64,000 bases of DNA. Source: Elusimicrobium minutum. GTDB lineage: Bacteria; Elusimicrobiota; Elusimicrobia; Elusimicrobiales; UBA9959. Location: positions 5,486 through 69,485 of the forward strand of contig DYIF01000006.1 of assembly GCA_020723765.1 (NCBI GenBank). The letters run 5' to 3'. The stretch's first letter is position 1, and each line of letters starts with the position of its first letter. Below the pieces are notes generated by a model. It saw only the letters and a list, made by a program, of their open reading frames with translations, was not told the DNA's origin and searched no databases. Of the stretch, positions 11,701-18,664 are shown one piece after another. A program made the position numbers and the translations under genes.

Positions 11701-12119
11701 TTTATAATCTTTTATCTGACTATGACAAGAAAATACTTTCGGAGTTATCGAAATTAGCTGTATTTTTAGATGAGATAAATGAAGAAAATTCGAAATGGCT
11801 TAAAATGTCGGCTCGTTTTATTGATTATATTAACTCATCGTTTTTTATAGAGTATCTTAATAAAATAAAGGATAAAGGAGAGAGTTATAAATATTTGACT
11901 GAAATTTTTAAAGAAATATTAAACCTAACTACTCCTTTTTATAAAAAAGAAGACATCAGGTCTATAATTGAATTTTTATATCAAAAATCAATGGGTTTGG
12001 AAGATAAAAAATTAGCTGTTGAAATTGCAGATAATATTGATGAAATTATAAATACTTACGAAGAAAGAGGATATGAATTCCTTCATGATTTATATGAGAA
12101 ATATCATAAGGATAATTAG
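8724..12119 (+). CDS. TIR-domain protein with about 1000-aa uncharacterised C-terminal region
   Basis: N-terminus KVFISHVSEDHKFIERLTKKLEKEKVEFWVDDLELKPGDSIVEKIEEGLKDSDIYLLVISDNSINKPWFKKEMSVAL is a TIR_2-type domain. GGAGG lies 7 nt upstream of the ATG. I found no P-loop or other catalytic motif in aa 140-1131. Confidence 0.8.
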   Translation: MSKVFISHVSEDHKFIERLTKKLEKEKVEFWVDDLELKPGDSIVEKIEEGLKDSDIYLLVISDNSINKPWFKKEMSVALIKKINDKKVLIIPILLDFDPNHLPELLRDIYCLRFSRYDWNNEVFKLLVNVIKDHFRKKELYNSQDKFIENAFYIDHMINKKNVNITPKELGFLLDLIKEGKYLNYFFRKAKNPEWLKVLVNEGFLSPEQFPSPEENKEQKGYFYFPHWPALDYLERVSEKLKDLNEKDRNEYIEILLKIISGVMDYHIKNNKRLDNFRIWTSFVKILSNIPNKKIEKDKLESFIKTSLDSNFSVEMQFIEIGEKLLPKFLKSGNVRDIEKAELIIKHLTQIKWYPKYSEKQREKFEENEESPKLLAGEYWFYKIFNENRELIAERVSDDTVLIFVDRLVEIFEKRYKVKFDYSNIWIRAIKDEADPDEVETAIALVLRDVLKIRASKIDITPIIDKLTSGEYFDYSFFKRLIIFLIAESFEKLKNIFKPLLEKEGELYFNDITYEPELYYLLQKNSNKLSEFSDVIVDIIENKVPERDIEIENEVRKEKIISNVRLKWYSALKDNNVFKEYYDKYLEKVGEEPKPYFTMPRTYVGPGPSPLTKEEILNMEGTELVDYIKNFKLQTKLSFGEKPTARGFAEMIKVSAKEKPEKFIKNFKEYAEMPFFYFADILWGVYDVLSKNKIEVDNIKIFISNISEYFKTDKFWNDKYYLKPNNFDIYHADHLSIISIVFVIFNKIIEQENIKKDITIISLIWDITINVIDKITERKEIKKYNDEDDWYLTNSTLANIIRVLINLLYLQKMSSNIGEIIKIFNNSFNSLLNNQCIESVFWFGAKFPFLYSVNKEWTQKTIEFIRIDNKKWEIFMLGYTWNNRFDYDSYRFLKEDYEKALEYNFKQGDDRIKSFLVQNICYSYLSKKENLGDNNSLFSKLLEEWDYKYIEEIIDFFWRHRDKKNEEISGRIIDFWRLIFKNKCEYPETLINVYNLLSDYDKKILSELSKLAVFLDEINEENSKWLKMSARFIDYINSSFFIEYLNKIKDKGESYKYLTEIFKEILNLTTPFYKKEDIRSIIEFLYQKSMGLEDKKLAVEIADNIDEIINTYEERGYEFLHDLYEKYHKDN

Positions 12120-12329
12120 CTGTTTTTATATAAATGGATAATTTAAATGATTTAGAATTTGATTTTTATGAAACAGAAAAAAATAAGACTTTTCTTATTA
12201 AAAAGACAAAACCTCGGTCGCCATATGGAAACCCTGCGGAACCTCACAACCGAGGATTTACATTGATTTTATATTTTAATAAGTTTAAATTAACTTATAA
12301 ATGCTAATAATTATTAAGTTTGTATAAAA

Positions 12330-12392
12330 TAGTTCCATTACAGAACTAAAATATTGAAAAATAGTTCCAATTTGGCACTACATTTGATATAA
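12330..12392 (+). promoter_or_regulatory. Twin 19-bp palindromic operator-like sites overlapping a -10 box
   Basis: TAGTTCCATTACAGAACTA (12330-12348) and TAGTTCCAATTTGGCACTA (12362-12380), each preceded by AAAA and spaced 32 bp apart. TATAAT at 12387-12392 is only 8 nt from the ATG at 12401, and no SD is visible. Confidence 0.45.
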
Positions 12393-12400
12393 TTTATTTT

Positions 12401-13564
12401 ATGGAAATAAATAACATAATAAGAAATTTTGAGGAAATCCATAAAAGACTTATAGACTCTCTGCCGCAAAGAATAAGGCCGGTAAGTTTGGAATCGAATA
12501 TAAGCGAAAAGAGAGCGGTTATAGTGTACGGACTTAGGGGAGTCGGTAAAACCGTATTTCTTTTAAATGCGTCTAAAAACAAAAATTTTCTTTATTTCTC
12601 CGCGGATAACCCTTTAATATATAATATCCCCATAATAGAGTTAATCGATAAAATATTTAAATCCGGTTATGACGGAGTAGTAATAGACGAGATTCATTTT
12701 TCTAAGGATTGGGCGGCCCATTTGAAATCCGCTTATGACAGTTATCCTTCAAAAACAATATGGGTAAGCGGCAGCAGCAATCTTGTTTTGAAAAAAGGCC
12801 TTGCCGATTTATCGAGAAGATTTTTGTCCGTACATCTTCCTTTGCTTTCTTTTAGAGAATATATATATTTAAAAGAAGGGATAATGCTGGATAAGATAAA
12901 TTTATTTGAGAGCATAAAAAACTACGATAATATTAAATCTAAAAAAATAAATGTTTTAAAACTTTTTAAAGAACATATAAACGGCGGAATAAGGCCGATA
13001 TTTTATGAAGGCGATTATAGTGAAAGGCTTAAAAATATGATTGAAAAAAGTGTTTTTTACGACATTCCTTTTTACATAAATACGATTACCGACAATTATT
13101 TAAGATTAATGAACGGCATAATCGGACATTTGATAACTTCTCCTATCCCGACCTTAAATATTTCAAAAATGACCTCCGAGTGGGAGATAGGCAAACATAA
13201 ATTGTATTTTTTGCTTGAAATTATGGACAAAATGGAATTAATCAAAATTATAAAACCTAAAAATAAAAAACATACATATACAAAGGGCTCAAAAATATTT
13301 TTGACCGACTCTTCGATATATTCTTGTTTTAACGGAAATCTGGGAAATATAAGAGAATCCTATTTTGTAAACTCTGTTTCCAAATCCTATCCGATTTATT
13401 CAAGCGAAAACGAAGATGAGTATGATTATCTGGTCGGCGATTTAAAATTGGAAATAGGCGGCAAATCTAAAGAGATTAAAAAAGCCGATTTTGTCATAAG
13501 CGACGATATTGAAATGCCGGTTAAAAATAGAATACCTTTGTGGATGGCGGGACTTACTTACTAA
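12401..13564 (+). CDS. AAA+ ATPase, AAA_14/DUF4143-like
   Basis: Walker A YGLRGVGKT and Walker B VVIDEIHFSKDW. Overall layout is typical of the AAA_14 N-domain plus a DUF4143-like C-domain. Confidence 0.75.
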   Translation: MEINNIIRNFEEIHKRLIDSLPQRIRPVSLESNISEKRAVIVYGLRGVGKTVFLLNASKNKNFLYFSADNPLIYNIPIIELIDKIFKSGYDGVVIDEIHFSKDWAAHLKSAYDSYPSKTIWVSGSSNLVLKKGLADLSRRFLSVHLPLLSFREYIYLKEGIMLDKINLFESIKNYDNIKSKKINVLKLFKEHINGGIRPIFYEGDYSERLKNMIEKSVFYDIPFYINTITDNYLRLMNGIIGHLITSPIPTLNISKMTSEWEIGKHKLYFLLEIMDKMELIKIIKPKNKKHTYTKGSKIFLTDSSIYSCFNGNLGNIRESYFVNSVSKSYPIYSSENEDEYDYLVGDLKLEIGGKSKEIKKADFVISDDIEMPVKNRIPLWMAGLTY

Positions 13565-13573
13565 AATATTTTT

Positions 13574-14629
13574 ATGTTATTTTGGATACTGGAAAAAAGA
13601 GACAATATAAAATTCCCTTATAAGCTAACAATTAAGCAGGATAATGAAAAGATTTTAACTTTGCTTGTCCAGGATAGATGGCCGGGACAAAAAGGTAATA
13701 TCTTTTGTTTGAGAGAAACTCAGGCCGAACCTAATGAAAAATTAGAAGAGGTTGAAAGAATCCCGATAATTTCAATGCATAGATACGGTAAGAGAATATC
13801 CATAGTTTTAGATAGGCCTCAAGAAAAAAGATGCGATTTTATATTTTTAAAAAAACAATATAAAACTCATAATGGAGAATATGAGCAGATATTCTGGAAA
13901 ACTCAAAAAGCCATAAGCGAAACTACTCCTAAAGTTAAATTATCTACTTATTACTCAGGCGGGTTAAATATTATTATTGATGCAGGCGAAAAGTATCCCT
14001 GGAGGTTTAATAATTGTAATATTGAAAAAGATAAACTTCCTTGCGGAGATTATGCCTTAAAAACAGAAAGCGGGATATTAGCGGTTGTTGAAAGAAAAAG
14101 TTTTGAAAATCTTGTCGCTCATTTTTCAAAACTGACTATTCTTCATCAGCAGTTAGGGGAACTTTCCGCTTATAAATACTCCGCGCTTGTAATAGAAGCG
14201 GATTACTCGGATTTTTTAAAGCCGGACAAATTAAAATTCTATCCGCCGGTATTTGCCGCAAAAGCCATAGCGGAAATATATGCTTACCATCCAAATGTCC
14301 AAATAGTATTTGCCGGAAATAGAAAACTTGCAAACGAATGGACACATAGATTTTTTCTTGCCGTTATTTCAAACCAAAAAGACAATAACGCTCAGGTTTC
14401 TGAAGTTATTGCAAAATATGAGTATAAGAAAGAAAAGTTAGATTTTTTTGCCCTTAAAGATAGAATCAAAGCTGATTTGCCGGATGAATTTACGCTAAAA
14501 GATTTAAAAGAGAGATTTCCTGAAATAGATTTAAATACTATTAAAAAGATAATCGTAAACTTTAAAAGAAGAGGTATAATTAAAAGCATTGCTTTTGGAA
14601 AATATTCAAAAACTAATCTCATCATCTAA
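13574..14629 (+). CDS. ERCC4-like nuclease domain protein with C-terminal winged-helix-like region
   Basis: Motif series IIIDAGEKYPW ... LPCGDYAL ... AVVERKSFENL follows the ERCC4 pattern D-x-x-E, GDY, ERKxxxD, with N at the final D position. The C-terminus TLKDLKERFPEIDLNTIKKIIVNFKRRGIIKS looks like a wHTH. Starts 9 nt after the ATPase stop. Confidence 0.6.
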   Translation: MLFWILEKRDNIKFPYKLTIKQDNEKILTLLVQDRWPGQKGNIFCLRETQAEPNEKLEEVERIPIISMHRYGKRISIVLDRPQEKRCDFIFLKKQYKTHNGEYEQIFWKTQKAISETTPKVKLSTYYSGGLNIIIDAGEKYPWRFNNCNIEKDKLPCGDYALKTESGILAVVERKSFENLVAHFSKLTILHQQLGELSAYKYSALVIEADYSDFLKPDKLKFYPPVFAAKAIAEIYAYHPNVQIVFAGNRKLANEWTHRFFLAVISNQKDNNAQVSEVIAKYEYKKEKLDFFALKDRIKADLPDEFTLKDLKERFPEIDLNTIKKIIVNFKRRGIIKSIAFGKYSKTNLII

Positions 14630-14654
14630 AAACTTCTAAATTAAAATACTTGGC

Positions 14655-14692
14655 TAACCACTTTTACGAACGATCGTCTTTATCGGTGGTCA
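14655..14692. repeat. 38-bp quasi-palindromic element, copy L
   Basis: TAACCACTTTTACGAACGATCGTCTTTATCGGTGGTCA, 25 nt downstream of the ERCC4-like gene stop. Paired with the copy at 17161-17198. Confidence 0.8.
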
Positions 14693-14890
14693 CTTGTATT
14701 AAGTTTAACTTAAGCGCAAAAAACGACACTTAGCCATATTTTTTTAATCGTTTATAAATTAACGGACTATTAATACTTATAATTTGGTCCTTTTATATAG
14801 GTCCTATGGGCTTGACTTGTTAATGGAAGTCTGTTAAAACATAATTACGCAAATAATATGAAATATTATTATTTTTTGCGAAGAGGTTTT

Positions 14891-17092
14891 ATGTCTAATT
14901 TAATAAAAGCGGTTTTGTTTTCGCTATTTTTGTTCAATTATCAGGTTTTTGCCGAGCTTTCCGAAGCGGATTTTAAAAAACAATCCGAATCTGTCTCTAA
15001 AACTCTTCCAGATTCCAAATCGATAAACCCTTCTACTTCAACAACCATAGCCCCAGATTCGATAGATTTCTGGGACAAGTTAAACTCCGGGGTTTTAGAT
15101 AACTTATGTAAGCAGGCCAAATTGGACCTTAACAAAGATTTTTCCATGCCCAATGTCGGCGGTATAGAGGGCGGGCTTAAAAGGTATTTTGAAAGATATC
15201 CGGATAAAACATTGGCGTTGATAGACGAGGTTAACGTTAAAGTGGGCGCTTCGTTTGGTATGGAGGTTTTGGAAATACCGGATTTCGGGCCTTTAAACGT
15301 TGGGGTTTCGGGGAGCGTTGAGGGAAAATCGGTAGTCGTAAGGCCGCTTAAAAGCGACGATTATTGTAAAAATTTAAAAAAGCTTGTGGATTTGAGGGAA
15401 GTAAAAACCGTTCTCCCGATGAACGAAAAAAGGATTAGAGATATGGCGGTGGGGGAGATATGGAAGCTTCCGATAGTTACCAGATTCTCTTTTTCGGCCG
15501 GGGTTGGAGCCTCGCCCATTCCCTACATATCGGTTTCGGTGGGCGGAGGGGTTACAAAGGAAAGAACTCCTTCGGTAACGCTTTATAGAATGGATAACAA
15601 TACTTTGAGGCTTAGAATAAGAATACAAAGGGTATTTGTGGAGTCTGTATCGGCCGGAGTTTCTTCCACTTACGAAATAGCCCCGTCGGATATAGGGCTT
15701 TTTGAGGCTGAGAATGTGTTGACGAAATTGGTTAACAAAGAAATAGCGAAAAACATAAACAAATATCTGGCTTTAAAATTTAATTACGGGGTTTCAAAAA
15801 CGAGCGGAAGAAAGGTTATGATAGAGTTTTTGATAAATCCGAATAACGAAGAACAGCTCAAAGCCTTAACCGAATTTTTGGGCGGCAATTTGGGGATAAT
15901 ACAGAAGTTTATAAAGTTAGGTTTAAGGTTCAACGAGTTTAAAGAAGATAATAATTTTACGGAGGGTATGAGCTCTTTGAATAATGTAGCAAATCAGGCG
16001 TCTTCTCAACTCGGGGTAAAGCCGTCGTATGCCGGGGCAAATCATTATCATTCTCAGGGCAGCAACACAAACATAAACATACCGTTCATACATAGCCATA
16101 GCTGGTCGAGCAATAGTTCTTATAACAGGTATCAATCTTTGGACGGCAAGGAAGCCATTCACGTTCATCAGGCTCAAAGAGTATCAGACGGTTCTACATT
16201 GAATATACCGTTTCTGGGGACTTTGGTTAAGTATAGAGACGAAGAAAATGTCTACATAGTAAACAGAGAAAACGATAAAAAGATAGACGACCCGATGCTT
16301 TTGTACGAGTATAACGCCGGTTTTGTGAGAAACTCCGAAGATAGCGCAAGGTCGATGATAAGTAAGGCGAACGGAGTTTTAAAGTATGTGGCTATGGATG
16401 GGAACGGAACAAGCTCCGAGTATGTGATAGACCCGAACCTCGTTTTCCCGCCGTCTTTAAGGCAGGAGCTTGACGATATAAATTCTGGCCAGAGCGTTAA
16501 AACTTATAAAAGGGGAATGATAGCTTTTAAGCTTCTTATTTCCAAAGAAGGGATAAAACAAATAATTTTTTCCACTCCGGAAAGGATTTTGAAGGCGTAT
16601 CTTAATATGATGAGAGAGTTTGACTCTTTCATAGTGGATAAATTCGGTTCGTTTTTTAGTTTCGATAAAGATAAGGTTACATACGACTGGAAAAAAGTCA
16701 GAGAGAATATGGATTCTTTCGATGAAAATTATTCTCAAACCATAGGCGTTTTGGACCAGATAGCTAAATCCGCAACTAAACTTATAAAAGATATATTTTC
16801 CATAAGAGACGAGCAGGATAGCAAAAAACAGGCCGAGAAGTTTGCAAAGGTGGCAAGCGGAAAAGCGAGCACCGATATAGGCTACGACCAGTTTATGAAG
16901 GTTGTGGTTCAGCTTGTAAGCAAAGAAAATCTGGCGGGACAGCTTTATATAGCCACGGATAAGAAAGTAAAAGGCGAAGAGGATTTTAACGCAAATTATA
17001 CCATAGACCCGAATGGAGAAGTGACTCAAACGATGAACGAGATAGTTAATCAAAGAGATAGATTTTCAAATCCTTCTACGCTTAAAGATTAG
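14891..17092 (+). CDS. Secreted protein of unknown function (signal peptide)
   Basis: I prefer the ATG at 14891 (AGAGG 5 nt upstream) over 14858. N-terminus MSNLIKAVLFSLFLFNYQVFA|ELSE is a signal peptide. The protein is Gly/Ser/Val-rich and beta-like, with no recognisable catalytic motif. Confidence 0.6.
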   Translation: MSNLIKAVLFSLFLFNYQVFAELSEADFKKQSESVSKTLPDSKSINPSTSTTIAPDSIDFWDKLNSGVLDNLCKQAKLDLNKDFSMPNVGGIEGGLKRYFERYPDKTLALIDEVNVKVGASFGMEVLEIPDFGPLNVGVSGSVEGKSVVVRPLKSDDYCKNLKKLVDLREVKTVLPMNEKRIRDMAVGEIWKLPIVTRFSFSAGVGASPIPYISVSVGGGVTKERTPSVTLYRMDNNTLRLRIRIQRVFVESVSAGVSSTYEIAPSDIGLFEAENVLTKLVNKEIAKNINKYLALKFNYGVSKTSGRKVMIEFLINPNNEEQLKALTEFLGGNLGIIQKFIKLGLRFNEFKEDNNFTEGMSSLNNVANQASSQLGVKPSYAGANHYHSQGSNTNINIPFIHSHSWSSNSSYNRYQSLDGKEAIHVHQAQRVSDGSTLNIPFLGTLVKYRDEENVYIVNRENDKKIDDPMLLYEYNAGFVRNSEDSARSMISKANGVLKYVAMDGNGTSSEYVIDPNLVFPPSLRQELDDINSGQSVKTYKRGMIAFKLLISKEGIKQIIFSTPERILKAYLNMMREFDSFIVDKFGSFFSFDKDKVTYDWKKVRENMDSFDENYSQTIGVLDQIAKSATKLIKDIFSIRDEQDSKKQAEKFAKVASGKASTDIGYDQFMKVVVQLVSKENLAGQLYIATDKKVKGEEDFNANYTIDPNGEVTQTMNEIVNQRDRFSNPSTLKD

Positions 17093-17160
17093 CCATTGGG
17101 ATTTTTGTAATATTTCTCCTAAAGTAGCCATAAAAACTTTCTTTAAATATATTTTATATG

Positions 17161-17198
17161 TGACCACTGATACGAACGATCGTCTCTAAAAGTGGTTA
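17161..17198. repeat. 38-bp quasi-palindromic element, copy R
   Basis: TGACCACTGATACGAACGATCGTCTCTAAAAGTGGTTA, 68 nt downstream of the secreted-protein gene stop. Confidence 0.8.
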
Positions 17199-17262
17199 TC
17201 TTTAAAAAAGCGATTTTTAAGTTTTAAATCTAAATGGTTTTTATTTATTATATAATTAAATT

Positions 17263-17919
17263 ATGATTGAGAGTTTTATAAAGGGGATAACCGCGCTTTC
17301 TAAGTTTTTGGCTCCCAAAAGGCTTAAAAAGATAACCTATAATATAAAGGAAAGAACGGATTTCGTAACGGTGGTTTTAGACGATATATATCAGATTCAT
17401 AACGCAAGCGCCGTGCTTAGAAGCTGCGATGCTTTCGGTATTTTAGATGTTTATGTGGTTGAGAATAAAAACAAATTTCAGCCGGCAAAAGGTATATCCA
17501 ATAGCGCGGAAAAATGGCTTAATATTAAAAAATTTTCCAATTACGATGAATGTTATAAAGAGCTTAAGGATAACGATTATAAAATATGCGTTACGGTTCC
17601 GCCTTCGGAAGATTCAGTGTTTTTGGACGATTTTGAGATAAAAGAAAAAATAGCGATAGTCATAGGTTCCGAGGTTAGCGGGGTTTCGGAGTTTTTTAAA
17701 GAAAAAGCCGATATGTTTTTAAGCATAAAAATGAGAGGGTTTGTCGAGAGTTTAAATTTGTCGGTTTCAACCGGAATTATATTGTACGAGTTTAGAAAAA
17801 AACTGGAAAATTCAAATATTGACTGGAGGCTTTCTCCGGTAAAGAAATCTAAAACGATTTATAAGTGGTTTAAGAAAACTGTTTATTTTTCAGATAAAAT
17901 AACGGAGGCTAATTTATGA
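17263..17919 (+). CDS. trmH: SpoU-family tRNA/rRNA 2'-O-methyltransferase (TrmH-like)
   Basis: VVLDDIYQIHNASAVLRSCDAFG, IVIGSEVSGVS and ESLNLSVSTGIILYEF are SPOUT motifs. The 218-aa size fits TrmH. Confidence 0.75.
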   Translation: MIESFIKGITALSKFLAPKRLKKITYNIKERTDFVTVVLDDIYQIHNASAVLRSCDAFGILDVYVVENKNKFQPAKGISNSAEKWLNIKKFSNYDECYKELKDNDYKICVTVPPSEDSVFLDDFEIKEKIAIVIGSEVSGVSEFFKEKADMFLSIKMRGFVESLNLSVSTGIILYEFRKKLENSNIDWRLSPVKKSKTIYKWFKKTVYFSDKITEANL

Positions 17920-18650
17920 GCCGATTGGATTTCGTCGAGTTTTTCCCGTATATTATCATAGCCGTTATGGGCGCGATCGTTTTGGGCGTGGTTTATGCGG
18001 ATAAGAGAAGAAAAAATAAGATAAAGGAGATTGCGGAAAAAAGCGGTTTCGAATACGATTTTAACGGCGATATATTAATCGGTTATATAGGCTCCGATAG
18101 AGCCGTGCCCGAGGAAAGAAGTTTCGTTTTAAATAAATACTCGGACGACGTTTCAAGATATCTTTACTCAACCGGTATTTCGCTTTTCGATAACGGACAT
18201 TCAAAGAAAACTAAAAACATAATATCTTTTCCGTTTAAAAACTCAAAAATATTCCTTTTCGATTATTACTATACCGTAGGTTCGGGGAAAAATTCCACCA
18301 CATACTCTCAAACGGTAGCTTTTTATAAGTCGGATAAGAAATTCCCTTCTTTTAGTATGAGGCCGGAAAATTTTTTCGATACAATTACATCGCTTGTCGG
18401 ATATAACGACATAGATTTCAACGAGTTTCCTTCTTTTTCCAAACTTTATTATTTAAAATCTAAAGACGAGGCGACCGTAAAGGAGTTTTTTAGCGAGCAT
18501 AGAATAAGATTTTTCGAACAGACTCCCGGATGGTATATGGAAGCCAACGAAAACTTTATTGTTTTATATAAAAAGGGTCTGGTTTCCGTAGATAAATACC
18601 AACAACATATAGACGAAGTGACCAACATCTTTAATTCTTTAGACATATAA
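17916..18650 (+). CDS. Membrane-anchored hypothetical protein
   Basis: 244 aa with one N-terminal TM segment (FFPYIIIAVMGAIVLGVVY). ATGA-coupled to trmH. No motif recognised. Confidence 0.5.
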   Translation: MSRLDFVEFFPYIIIAVMGAIVLGVVYADKRRKNKIKEIAEKSGFEYDFNGDILIGYIGSDRAVPEERSFVLNKYSDDVSRYLYSTGISLFDNGHSKKTKNIISFPFKNSKIFLFDYYYTVGSGKNSTTYSQTVAFYKSDKKFPSFSMRPENFFDTITSLVGYNDIDFNEFPSFSKLYYLKSKDEATVKEFFSEHRIRFFEQTPGWYMEANENFIVLYKKGLVSVDKYQQHIDEVTNIFNSLDI

Positions 18651-18664
18651 TCGAAGGAGGGCGG

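Noticed and set aside
12134-12307. 57-aa ORF in the spacer after the TIR gene, considered as a real third gene of the SIR2/TIR system.
   Set aside because: It has no SD and no recognisable motif, and AT-rich sequence gives such ORFs by chance. I kept it only as a low-interest note.
12373-12388. Sigma-54 promoter TGGCAC-N5-TTGA upstream of the AAA ATPase gene.
   Set aside because: The conserved -12 GC is GA. The TGGCAC is also fully explained as one arm of the second palindromic operator, and a good TATAAT overlaps it. I mention it inside a finding but do not call it.
14655-14692. The 38-bp element as an integron attC site or a LexA (Cheo-type CGAAC-N4-GTTCG) box.
   Set aside because: The ends do not fit RYYYAAC/GTTRRRY, and no intI is present. 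The core reads CGAAC-GATC-GTCT, so the second half-site is wrong, and recA in this window has no similar box.
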